Source of the DNA: an uncultured Eubacteriales bacterium | GTDB lineage: Bacteria > Bacillota > Clostridia > Lachnospirales > CAG-274 | Assembly (NCBI GenBank): GCA_902495025.1 | Contig: CABUWB010000001.1 | Location: 1 to 30,097 of the forward strand | Length of the DNA stretch: 30,097 nt | Direction of reading: 5' to 3' | Shown here: piece after piece, positions 18,346 through 27,081 of the stretch | Position numbering within the stretch: position 1 is the first letter of the stretch | Layout: each line of letters opens with the position of its first letter | The notes under the pieces: generated by a model | What the model saw: the letters and a program-made list of their open reading frames with translations, nothing else | Told to the model about the DNA's origin: nothing | Databases searched by the model: none | Program-made: the position numbers and the translations under genes

Positions 18346-18438
18346 TAAAGCGCTGTAACTGTTATCTGTGCACAAAAAATAATGTTCTTAAATTACATTT
18401 ACAAAACGGTATATCAGGTTTAATATGTTCCTATACAA

Positions 18439-18489
18439 AAACAAAGGCGTTTAAATGATGGTAAGCATTTAAGCGCCTTCTATTATTTT
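18439..18489 (+). promoter_or_regulatory. Leader attenuator: terminator overlapped by an ANTAR-type hexaloop hairpin
   Basis: 14-bp stem 18444-18457/18466-18479 plus CTATTATTTT upstream of the RBS; the alternative hairpin AAAC-AAAGGC-GTTT (18439-18452) overlaps its 5' arm. Confidence 0.55.
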
Positions 18490-18508
18490 AGGGCAGGAGG
18501 AATATATT

Positions 18509-19408
18509 ATGGAATATGAAGTACAGAAGCATTTACATTATGCAGGCATACCCAGCTTTAATTTATACCCTGTAACACAGGATTTAGACGGTGTTGATAT
18601 TGCAATTATGGGCGTACCCTTTGACAGCGGCGTAACCAACAGACCCGGAGCAAGGTTAGGCCCCAGAACAATAAGAAACTGCAGCCAGCTTACAAACTGC
18701 TTCAGCTATCCATGGGATTATAAAATAAGCAAAACCGCAAAGATAATTGACTACGGTGATGTGGGTTACTATGTGGGCGCAAACACAACAAAGTTTATGC
18801 TTGATGAAACCTATACCCATGCAAAGAGGATTTTAAGCTCGGGCGCAAAGTTGCTTACCTTAGGCGGTGACCACACAATACCCTACGGTATGGTAAGGGC
18901 TGCAAGCGAAAAATACGGCAAGCTGGCACTGCTCCACTTTGATTCGCATCAGGACAGCACACCAAGTGAAAACGGCAACGTGTCCCATGCAAACTTTGCA
19001 TACGATTTGCAGGCGGAGGGCTGTATTGACCCAAGCCGTTCGGCGCAGGTGTTTATCCGTACCGAAATGACAGAGTGCGGCTACAATATATTCTATGCGC
19101 AGGAGGCTGTGTTTATGGATATGGAGGAGCTGGCGGCAAAGCTGAAGGCTATTGTGGGAGATATGCCTGTTTACATTACCTTTGATATTGATGCGCTTGA
19201 CCCCTCTGCAGCTCCGGGAACAGGCACACCTGTTATCGGCGGCCCGTCTGCGGCGCAGGTGAGAAAGCTGCTTTATAATCTCAGGGGCATTAATGTTGTT
19301 GCGGCGGATTTGGTTGAGGTGCTGCCTGCTTATGATCACAGCGAGATTACGGCGCTTGCGGCGGCAACCATTGCACAGGATTTATTATATTTAATGGATA
19401 ATAAATAA
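18509..19408 (+). CDS. speB: Agmatinase-like ureohydrolase (arginase family)
   Basis: GVPFD..RPGARLGP, LGGDHT, HFDSHQD, TFDIDALDP..APGTGTP, DLVEV.P.YD. Confidence 0.85.
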   Translation: MEYEVQKHLHYAGIPSFNLYPVTQDLDGVDIAIMGVPFDSGVTNRPGARLGPRTIRNCSQLTNCFSYPWDYKISKTAKIIDYGDVGYYVGANTTKFMLDETYTHAKRILSSGAKLLTLGGDHTIPYGMVRAASEKYGKLALLHFDSHQDSTPSENGNVSHANFAYDLQAEGCIDPSRSAQVFIRTEMTECGYNIFYAQEAVFMDMEELAAKLKAIVGDMPVYITFDIDALDPSAAPGTGTPVIGGPSAAQVRKLLYNLRGINVVAADLVEVLPAYDHSEITALAAATIAQDLLYLMDNK

Positions 19409-19429
19409 TAATTCAAGGAGGAAAAAATT

Positions 19430-20461
19430 ATGAAGAAGAAAATTTTAAGTTTAATGTTGGGTCTTGTTATGGCACTTTCGGTTACTGCCTGCGGCGACAG
19501 CAGTGGCAGCGGCAGCACCAGCACCGAGGGTGAAATACAGGAGGCGGCAGCTGAAATGCCGGAGGTAACACTTGGCACAACCTCATGGCCAACCAATATG
19601 TTTTTCTATCTGGCACAGGAAAAAGGTCTGTTTGAGAAAAACGGCGTAAAGGTAAATATTCAGGACTTTGCCTCTACAACCGAAAGTACAAACGCCTTTG
19701 TCGGCGGTCAGCTTGATTTTTGTACCTTTGCATCATCTGAAACCATTTCTCCGTTCTATCAGGACGCAGATATGGCAGTAGTGCTTGAAACGGATAAGTC
19801 CAACGGCTGTGAGGGTCTTGTTGCTACATCAGATATTAAGAGCATTAACGATTTAAAGGGCAAGACGGTTGCAACACAGGTGTACAGCGTTGACCATATG
19901 TTTCTGCTTACCCTGCTTGATGAAAACGGTATGACAGAGGACGATATTAATATTGTGGATATGTCAATTCAGGAGTCGGGCAATGCCTTTGTTGCAGGTC
20001 AGTGTGATGCGGCATGTATCTGGGACCCATATTTCTCACAGGCTAAGAGTGCAGGTGGTACGGAGCTTTTCTCCTCTGCCGATAACCCTGACCTTATAAC
20101 AGACGTTTTATGTGCGTCCAAAACCTTGTGCAGTGAAAACCCAAAGGCTGTTGAGGGCGTAATCAGAGGTTTCTTTGATGCTGTTGATTACTGGAAGGCT
20201 AATCCCGACGAGGCAAACGAGTTTATGGGTGAAAAGCTGGGCGTTGACGGCGAGGAATTTGCCGCTGAGGTTGAAGGACTATTAATTTCAACTCCCGAGA
20301 GCGTTAAGGAGGCATTTACTGAGGCTGACAGTTATAGCTACTGGGGCTATACACAGAATACTGTAAAGGACTTTATGTATGAGCTTGGCGTGCTTGACAG
20401 CAATGACAAGGACTGTGGTGATATGATTGATTCCAGCTTTATTGACGCTATTGCAGGATAA
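19430..20461 (+). CDS. ABC transporter substrate-binding lipoprotein (SsuA/NMT1-like)
   Basis: Signal peptide with lipobox VTAC; FYLAQEKGLFEKNG, DLKGKTVA, DAACIWDPY. Confidence 0.9.
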   Translation: MKKKILSLMLGLVMALSVTACGDSSGSGSTSTEGEIQEAAAEMPEVTLGTTSWPTNMFFYLAQEKGLFEKNGVKVNIQDFASTTESTNAFVGGQLDFCTFASSETISPFYQDADMAVVLETDKSNGCEGLVATSDIKSINDLKGKTVATQVYSVDHMFLLTLLDENGMTEDDINIVDMSIQESGNAFVAGQCDAACIWDPYFSQAKSAGGTELFSSADNPDLITDVLCASKTLCSENPKAVEGVIRGFFDAVDYWKANPDEANEFMGEKLGVDGEEFAAEVEGLLISTPESVKEAFTEADSYSYWGYTQNTVKDFMYELGVLDSNDKDCGDMIDSSFIDAIAG

Positions 20462-20472
20462 TGTAATTTTAA

Positions 20473-20505
20473 GGCTGCTGTAGAATGATTACGGCAGCCA
20501 TTTTT
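20473..20505 (+). terminator. Intrinsic terminator after the SBP gene
   Basis: GGCTGCTGTA...TACGGCAGCC followed by ATTTTT. Confidence 0.75.
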
Positions 20506-20518
20506 GTGCTTTAAACAT

Positions 20519-20546
20519 AAAAAAGTGCGCTGCATGAGCGCACTTT
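20519..20546 (-). terminator. Intrinsic terminator of the SDR gene
   Basis: AAAGTGCGCT-GCATG-AGCGCACTTT with an A-run on the left (U-tract on the minus strand). Confidence 0.7.
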
Positions 20547-20575
20547 AATTTATGTATTATGTATACAGTTTAAAA

Positions 20576-21376
20576 TCAAGGCTGCTTGCCGATATAAGCA
20601 AGGATACCGCCGTCAACGTAAAGTACGTGACCGTTTACTGCATTTGATGCCTCAGAAGCGAGGAATACAGCAGGACCTGCAAGCTCAGAAGGCTGTAACC
20701 ATCTCTCAGCAGGTGTCTTAGCGATAATGAAGGAATCGAATGGGTGTCTTGAACCGTCAGGCTGTCTTTCTCTTAAAGGAGCAGTCTGAGGAGTTTCAAT
20801 ATAACCAGGTCCGATACCGTTGCACTGGATGTTGTACTTGCCGTACTCAGAGCAGATGTTTCTTGTAAGCATCTTAAGACCGCCCTTTGCAGCAGCGTAA
20901 GCGGAAACTGTTTCACGGCCAAGCTCACTCATCATAGAGCAGATGTTTATAATCTTGCCATGACCCTTCTTAATCATGCTTGGGATAACTGCCTTTGATA
21001 CGATGAATGGAGCGTTAAGGTCAACGTCGATTACCTGACGGAACTCAGCAGCTGTCATTTCGCACATAGGTATTCTCTTGATGATACCAGCGTTGTTTAC
21101 AAGGATGTCGATTACGCCAACTTCCTTCTCGATAGCAGCAACCATATTGTTTACCTGCTCCTCGTTTGTAACGTCACAAACATAACCCTTAGCGTCAATG
21201 CCTGCTTCCTTGTATGCAGCAAGACCCTTGTCCACAAGCTCCTGCTTGATGTCGTTGAATACGATAGTAGCGCCTGCCTTAGCCATACCGCTTGCAATAG
21301 CAAAGCCGATACCGTAGGAAGCACCTGTTACGAGAGCAATTTTACCCTCTAATGAAAAGTTTACAGAATTATCCAT
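20576..21376 (-). CDS. Gluconate 5-dehydrogenase-like SDR (IdnO/KduD/DhuD group)
   Basis: TGASYGIG, NNAGII, SAYAAAKGG (YxxxK), NGIGPGYI; ATG 21376 after GGAGG on the minus strand. Confidence 0.9.
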   Translation of the reverse strand: MDNSVNFSLEGKIALVTGASYGIGFAIASGMAKAGATIVFNDIKQELVDKGLAAYKEAGIDAKGYVCDVTNEEQVNNMVAAIEKEVGVIDILVNNAGIIKRIPMCEMTAAEFRQVIDVDLNAPFIVSKAVIPSMIKKGHGKIINICSMMSELGRETVSAYAAAKGGLKMLTRNICSEYGKYNIQCNGIGPGYIETPQTAPLRERQPDGSRHPFDSFIIAKTPAERWLQPSELAGPAVFLASEASNAVNGHVLYVDGGILAYIGKQP

Positions 21377-21541
21377 TATTAAGACCTCCATAATATTTTT
21401 AAGCTTTTTCAAACTTATATATATAATACCACAAAAAAGCAGAATTGTCCATAGTATGATTGTTATATTTACACAAAAAAATAGAATAATACAATGTAAC
21501 ATTAAATTTGAGAACAATTTTTGTGTAAAATAAAGTTTTTC

Positions 21542-21570
21542 TTGATTTTTTTCCGTCTGTGCGTTATAAT
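21542..21570 (+). promoter_or_regulatory. Sigma-A promoter of the cpsC operon
   Basis: TTGATT-17bp-TATAAT. Confidence 0.65.
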
Positions 21571-21610
21571 CAAATAATAATAATAATAGCTATATTGGAG
21601 AAATGTGTAA

Positions 21611-22345
21611 ATGAATAACCAGATGGATGAAACCTTTGAGATTGATTTAAAACGGCTTTTTGAGCTGGCTATTGCCAGAATTAGGCTTATTATATTTGTA
21701 GTTTTTGTTTTTACGGTATCGGCCTTTCTTGTAAGCAAGTTTGTAATGACGCCTATGTATACCGCAACGGCTACACTTTATGTAAACAGTAATAAAACCA
21801 CTGTTTCACAGAATATAACAATTAATGATATTGATACAGGACGAGAGCTTGTTTCACTCTACTCCGAGTTTATTGAAAGTGATACGGTGCTTGAACAGGT
21901 GGCTGCAACCGTTTCAAATGAAACGGATATGCCTTTTGCCGCTGCTGATATAAGAGGTATGATTTCAAGCGGCGGTGTTAATGAAACGGCACTTATGGCT
22001 GTTACTGCAACATCACCATCACCCGAAATATCACAGATTATTGCAAATGCCGTTGCTGATATAGCACCGGACAGAATTACCGAGTTTATGGACGGCAGCT
22101 CCGTTAAGGTAGTTGACTATGCAAAGCTGCCCGAGGCACCATCCTCACCTAATGTTAAGAAAAATACAGCTATGGGCTTTATGCTTGGCGTTGTTATAAG
22201 CCTTGGTGTAATATTCCTTATGGAGCTTATGGATACACGCATTAAAAATGAGGAGGACCTCAAAAAGCTTGTGGAATATCCCGTTATCGGCATAATCCCC
22301 GAAATTGTTGTTGAAGAAAATACTGCCGCTCAGGCTAAAAGCTGA
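21611..22345 (+). CDS. cpsC: Polysaccharide co-polymerase / BY-kinase modulator (CpsC/CapA/Wzz-like)
   Basis: EIDL, TM, P.YTATATLYV, VVDYA..P..PSSPN, TM, DTRIK..EDL...PVIG.IP. Confidence 0.92.
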   Translation: MNNQMDETFEIDLKRLFELAIARIRLIIFVVFVFTVSAFLVSKFVMTPMYTATATLYVNSNKTTVSQNITINDIDTGRELVSLYSEFIESDTVLEQVAATVSNETDMPFAAADIRGMISSGGVNETALMAVTATSPSPEISQIIANAVADIAPDRITEFMDGSSVKVVDYAKLPEAPSSPNVKKNTAMGFMLGVVISLGVIFLMELMDTRIKNEEDLKKLVEYPVIGIIPEIVVEENTAAQAKS

Positions 22346-22381
22346 CGGCTTACCAATATCTGATAAAGGAGCAGTGCTCTA

Positions 22382-23170
22382 ATGTTTGGCAAAAAAAAGA
22401 TTGATGTAAACGAACAAAAGAAAATGGCAGCAGAAACTAACAGAAAAAGGCTTCTTAATGATGACACGTCATTTGATGTCAAGGAGGCTTATAAGGAGCT
22501 GAGAACAAATATTATGTTTTCTCTTCCTGGTGATGGCTGCAAAAAGGTTTTATCTACCAGCTCGGTTGCGGCAGAGGGCAAGAGCACAACAAATGTAAAC
22601 CTTGCCATAACCGTTGCGGAAACGGGTGCAAAGGTGCTGCTGATAGACTGCGATTTAAGGCGCCCAAATATTGCAAGGCTTATGTCCCAGAAAGGCGACA
22701 AGGGTCTTTCAAATGTACTTATCAATGACTGTACGCTTAAAAGCGCTATAGTTAAAACAAAATATACTAATCTTGACGTAATGTTTTCGGGAAAGATACC
22801 TCCAAACCCTGCGGAGCTTTTAAGCTCTGATAAAATGAAGGAGGTTGTTGCGGAGCTTTCCACCCAGTATGATTACATATTTTTCGATACTCCGCCAATT
22901 AACCTTGTTACTGATGCGGCGCTTATTTCAAGCCTTGCCGACGGTGTGATTATTGTGTCAAGGCAGTATGTTACAGAAAGAAAGCTGCTTTTGCAGGCTA
23001 TTGAAAAGCTTAAATTTGTCAATGCCAAAATTATCGGCGTAGTGCTTAATGACGTTGTCAGCTCCAAGGCAGGCTACGGTGGCTACAAAAAGTACGGCTA
23101 TGGTAAATATGGCTATGGCTACAAAAGATATGGCTATGGCTACGGCTATGAAAGCAGCAATAATGAATGA
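22382..23170 (+). CDS. cpsD: BY tyrosine kinase (CpsD/CapB)
   Basis: EAYKELRTNI, Walker A SS..EGKST, A' IDCDLRRP, PPNPAELL, B DTPP, C-terminal Tyr cluster. Confidence 0.95.
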   Translation: MFGKKKIDVNEQKKMAAETNRKRLLNDDTSFDVKEAYKELRTNIMFSLPGDGCKKVLSTSSVAAEGKSTTNVNLAITVAETGAKVLLIDCDLRRPNIARLMSQKGDKGLSNVLINDCTLKSAIVKTKYTNLDVMFSGKIPPNPAELLSSDKMKEVVAELSTQYDYIFFDTPPINLVTDAALISSLADGVIIVSRQYVTERKLLLQAIEKLKFVNAKIIGVVLNDVVSSKAGYGGYKKYGYGKYGYGYKRYGYGYGYESSNNE

Positions 23171-23191
23171 TTGCCTGTGTGGTGATATTAA

Positions 23192-23899
23192 ATGATTGAT
23201 TTTCACTCGCATATTTTACCTAAACTTGATGACGGCAGCAAAAGCTCGGAGATGTCCCTGCAGATGCTGCAGTTAAGCTATGCTCATGGTATAGATGTGA
23301 TGGTGGCAACACCTCACTTTTATATAAAACATAACACCGTTGACAGGTTTATAGGCTCCAGGGACGCCTCATATAAGGCGCTTGTAAAGCGTATAAATGA
23401 AAGCGGTGCTGATGTGCCTGAAATAATACTTGGCGCAGAGGTTTATTACTTTGGAAATATAGCCTCTCTGCCTGAGCTTGAAAGGCTTTGTATAGGCACA
23501 ACAAGGTATCTTCTGCTGGAGCTGCCCTTTGAGGAGTGGACGCAGAAGATTATAACAGATTGTGAAAAGCTTGTATATGATTGTAAAATCATACCTGTCA
23601 TTGCTCATTTGGACCGTTATCTGACATATCAGAAGCATAATAACTATATTCAGGAATTGATGAATATGGGCGCAGTTATTCAGATGAATGGTGAATATAT
23701 AAATGGGATTTTAACAAGAAGAAAGGCACTTGCTCTTATCAAAAGCGGTGTTGTAAGTCTGCTTGGCTCTGATTGCCACAATATGGGCAAACGCTCGCCA
23801 AATCTGGATAAGACTTTTAAAATTATCCTTGATAAATGCGGACAGGAAACACTTAGCAGAATTGACAGGTGCGGACGTGAAATTTTAAAAGGAAAATAG
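23192..23899 (+). CDS. cpsB: PHP-family tyrosine phosphatase (CpsB/CapC)
   Basis: IDFHSHILP..DDGS, ATPH, GAEV, IAHLDRY, GSDCHN. Confidence 0.95.
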   Translation: MIDFHSHILPKLDDGSKSSEMSLQMLQLSYAHGIDVMVATPHFYIKHNTVDRFIGSRDASYKALVKRINESGADVPEIILGAEVYYFGNIASLPELERLCIGTTRYLLLELPFEEWTQKIITDCEKLVYDCKIIPVIAHLDRYLTYQKHNNYIQELMNMGAVIQMNGEYINGILTRRKALALIKSGVVSLLGSDCHNMGKRSPNLDKTFKIILDKCGQETLSRIDRCGREILKGK

Positions 23900-23963
23900 C
23901 GCTTTCAGAGTGATATTTTAAAGGGTTTACACGTCTTTAAAAATTTTAGGAAAGGAGATTTAC

Positions 23964-24728
23964 TTGGGAAATAAAAAAACAGGTAAGAAGTCTCATAAGC
24001 TTCTTAAAATTCTCCTCTGTTTACTGCTTGTTATAGTGGCTGCAATAGCTGCGCTTGCAATATGGCAGAGGGACAATATAAATGCCGTAATTACGGCACG
24101 CAGCACCTCACAGGAGGATATTGCACAGCAAATCAGTACCTCCAAGGCGAACACCCAAAAGGAAATTGAAAAGTATAACATACCTATTGCAAGGGACTTT
24201 ACCCTTGAGGAGGAAATGGAAATACAAAACGGTACGTTAAGCGTCGAGGAGGCGGTTAAACGTATTATGAAAACCTCGTCTGCTGCGGCAGAGGGTGAGG
24301 AGTCGGCTGAAAAGGGCGGCAGCGACGGTGTGCAGGGCACACAGGGCAGCAGTGCCGGTGCTGACAACGGTGAGGAGCTTACCAAGGAGCAGCAGATTGT
24401 TGCAAAGTACCTTAAGGAAATGTATACCCTGAAGGCTTATTACATAGGCGAGCTTGGTGCCTTTGAGAGGGATTTGAAGTCCCAGTACAAAAGCACCTAC
24501 GGTACAGACAAAAATGCTGCTGCAATAGCAAAGGTTGTTCAGAACAATATGGGCAGGGTTATCAGCCTTGAAAGTGAATGTGATAAAAAGGTTGACGGCA
24601 TACTTGCCAATATGAAAAGTGAGCTTGAAGCCATAGGAGCAGATACAAGCATTGTTACTGTGGTTGAGGACTCTTATGTAAATGAAAAAAGCCTTAGGAA
24701 ATCATACTACCTAAGCTTATACAATTAA
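23964..24728 (+). CDS. Hypothetical N-terminally membrane-anchored protein
   Basis: TTG start after AAAGGAG; basic N-terminus plus one TM helix, Gly/Ser/Glu linker, helical C-terminal domain. Confidence 0.8.
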   Translation: MGNKKTGKKSHKLLKILLCLLLVIVAAIAALAIWQRDNINAVITARSTSQEDIAQQISTSKANTQKEIEKYNIPIARDFTLEEEMEIQNGTLSVEEAVKRIMKTSSAAAEGEESAEKGGSDGVQGTQGSSAGADNGEELTKEQQIVAKYLKEMYTLKAYYIGELGAFERDLKSQYKSTYGTDKNAAAIAKVVQNNMGRVISLESECDKKVDGILANMKSELEAIGADTSIVTVVEDSYVNEKSLRKSYYLSLYN

Positions 24729-24757
24729 ATTAATATATAAATGGGAGGAATTAGAAA

Positions 24758-25753
24758 ATGAAGAAGAAAGTTTTATGTTTTGCTTTAACAGCAGCTATGG
24801 GTTTAAGTATGGCTACTTCTGCTTTTGCAGCAGAGCTTAACCCTGTTACAGTTGCTAAGGTTGGTTCAGGTGATGTAAATGATGACGGTACTTTAACTGC
24901 AAAGGACAGTGCTGGTATTTTACAGTATGCTCTTGACCATACTTATGCAGGTACAGATGCTGAGAAGTTTGTTCTTAACGAGGCAAACTACGATGGTTCT
25001 ATTGACCCAGGTACAGGCTTAGACCAGATTACTGCTAATGACGCCGTATTCGTACTTCAGGACGTACTTGACAGACAGACTGATGTATATATTACAGTTT
25101 CCGCAGGCGTTGAAAGCCCTGTAAGATTTACAGAGATTATCAATCCTTTAGATTCTGAAGGTAAGCTTACAAAGACTGGTATCCTTGAGTTTACAGATAA
25201 GATTTTCTCAGGTGCTTACGATACAGAGCTTAACTCTAACGTTGGTGCTGTAAACAGCTTTGTTGACAAGATTGAGTTTACAGGCGAGGGCGGCAACAAG
25301 ACAAATATCAGAACTGACATCGGCTGGAGCAAGTTTGCTAACGCTGTAAGCGGTGTTGTTTCTGACAAGGATGCTTTTGCACAGTTAGAGAACAATACTA
25401 AGACTAAGAGATACACAAGCGCTGATGAGCTTAAGGCTGATTATGAAGCAGCTAAGAAGGCTTTTGCTCCTTCTATGACAGCAGGCGATGTTTCAGCTAC
25501 AGGTGACAAGATTGTTGCTATCACAGGCGCTGACTTTATTACTCTTTCAAAGCTCAATGACGAGGGTCAGGTTGTTAAGTCAATGAACCTTAACGAGCTT
25601 TTCAAGACTGTTGCTGATAACAATCTTCAGGCTTATGACACAGTAACAATTGACCAGCTTCAGGAAATCTTCGGTAACAAGATTGAAATTACAGCTACTA
25701 ACCCTAACAACGGTTATACAAACAAGGTAACTGTTACTATCGAAAGAAGATAA
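24758..25753 (+). CDS. Secreted protein with an N-terminal dockerin-like domain
   Basis: Signal peptide (..SAFA/A); GDVNDDGTLTAKDSAGILQYAL and a second repeat ANYDG...ITANDAVFVLQ; strongly biased codon usage; RBS GGGAGG. Confidence 0.75.
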   Translation: MKKKVLCFALTAAMGLSMATSAFAAELNPVTVAKVGSGDVNDDGTLTAKDSAGILQYALDHTYAGTDAEKFVLNEANYDGSIDPGTGLDQITANDAVFVLQDVLDRQTDVYITVSAGVESPVRFTEIINPLDSEGKLTKTGILEFTDKIFSGAYDTELNSNVGAVNSFVDKIEFTGEGGNKTNIRTDIGWSKFANAVSGVVSDKDAFAQLENNTKTKRYTSADELKADYEAAKKAFAPSMTAGDVSATGDKIVAITGADFITLSKLNDEGQVVKSMNLNELFKTVADNNLQAYDTVTIDQLQEIFGNKIEITATNPNNGYTNKVTVTIERR

Positions 25754-25775
25754 TCTAAACGGTATATTTAAAATT

Positions 25776-25812
25776 AAATACTGCCCTATGGTATACCCAT
25801 AGGGCAATATTT
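25776..25812 (+). terminator. Intra-operon stem-loop
   Basis: AAATACTGCCCTATGG-TATAC-CCATAGGGCAATATTT; weak U-tract. Confidence 0.6.
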
Positions 25813-25839
25813 ATATAATAAATTTTTGGAGGAATTATA

Positions 25840-27081
25840 ATGAAAAGACTTGTAAGCACATTACTTGCAGGCATTATTGCCCTGTCTGTTGCTGTGCCTG
25901 CTTTTGCTGCTGATACGGCAGCTGCTCCATTTAAGGACGTAGACAGCCAGAGTGTGCAGGGCCAGGCAATTTTAAAAATGTATGATAAGGGATACCTTGC
26001 AGGCTATGAGGACGGCACCTTCCGTCCCGACGGCTATGTTACAAGGGCAGAGCTTGTAAGAATTATCAACCAGGTTTTTGATTTCAAGCTGAATGATAAG
26101 CTTGCAACAACCGATTTCAGCGATAATGCAAATAACAGTGCATGGTATTACAACGATGTAAGAATTGCACAGCAGATGGGCTATATCAGCGGCTTTGGCG
26201 ACAACAGCTTCAGACCTAAGGATAACTTTACACGTCTGCAGGCTTGCGTTGTACTTTCACTTTTAACAAACGCTCCCGAAAGCGATAAGGAAATTACAAT
26301 AACCGACCCTGTTGCGCCATGGGCTGAAAAGTATGTTAAGGCGTCCGTAAACTCCGGTCTGTTTACATTGGAGGCAAACAATACCTTCCGTGCGGCAGAG
26401 AATATCACAAGAGGTGAGCTTTGTGTGGCACTTGCAGGCTTTGTCAAAGAGGACAGCAAGACAGCCGAAACTACTACCAAGGCAGCTGAAAGCACAACAA
26501 AGTCAGGTGAAACTACTACAAAGGCTGATGATAACAGCACCACAACCACAAAGAGCAGCACTACTGTTTCTTCAGGCGGTGGTGGTGGCGGTGGAAGCAG
26601 CAGCAGCAAAACAACAACTACTACAACTGCTGCAACTACTACGGAAACAACTACCGAGGCTACAACCTCAGCAAGTAAGGACACAACCAAGGCACAGACC
26701 ACAACAAAAGCAACAACCACTACAACAACGACTACGACAGAGGCAACTACAGAGATTACAACTGCTGCCGTAGAGGTTGATGCAGACCTTATTTCAAGTT
26801 TAAAGCGTACAGCAAGAAATATTACAAGATACGTTGTGCCTAACTGCTCAACAGATGCAGAAAAAGAGGTTGCAAGTGATATTGCTGACGCAATGACCAC
26901 ATTTGTGAATGACCACAGTTATGATGTTGAGGGTGCGGCGAGTGCTGCAATGGATAAGTATCGTACACTTAGCGCAGAGGAAAAGAATGAGCTTAAAAAT
27001 CTCATTGTCGGCTATTGCGCTATGTCCGACCTTGTTAAGCTTAGGGATACCTTCTTCCCAGGTATGACTTATACTCCATGA
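25840..27081 (+). CDS. S-layer homology (3x SLH) protein with Thr/Ser-rich linker and unknown C-terminal domain
   Basis: Signal peptide; GYEDGTFRPDGYVTRAE, GFGDNSFRPKDNFTRLQ, NTFRAAENITRGE; about 100-aa Thr-rich linker. Confidence 0.92.
   Translation: MKRLVSTLLAGIIALSVAVPAFAADTAAAPFKDVDSQSVQGQAILKMYDKGYLAGYEDGTFRPDGYVTRAELVRIINQVFDFKLNDKLATTDFSDNANNSAWYYNDVRIAQQMGYISGFGDNSFRPKDNFTRLQACVVLSLLTNAPESDKEITITDPVAPWAEKYVKASVNSGLFTLEANNTFRAAENITRGELCVALAGFVKEDSKTAETTTKAAESTTKSGETTTKADDNSTTTTKSSTTVSSGGGGGGGSSSSKTTTTTTAATTTETTTEATTSASKDTTKAQTTTKATTTTTTTTTEATTEITTAAVEVDADLISSLKRTARNITRYVVPNCSTDAEKEVASDIADAMTTFVNDHSYDVEGAASAAMDKYRTLSAEEKNELKNLIVGYCAMSDLVKLRDTFFPGMTYTP
26455..26765 (+). repeat. Low-complexity ACN/GGT coding repeat (poly-Thr/Gly linker)
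   Basis: ACAACAACT-type runs and GGCGGTGGTGGTGGCGGTGGA. Confidence 0.85.

Noticed and set aside
18380..18508. Guanidine riboswitch upstream of the ureohydrolase
   Set aside because: The leader is short and I could not match ykkC, mini-ykkC (ACGR loops) or ykkC-III features by eye; an Rfam scan is needed to exclude them formally.
26181..26900. 239-aa minus-strand ORF rich in Val/Pro
   Set aside because: Antisense shadow of the Thr/Gly low-complexity linker of the SLH gene.
24758..27081. Cellulosome gene cluster
   Set aside because: No recognisable cohesin, CBM or glycoside hydrolase domain.
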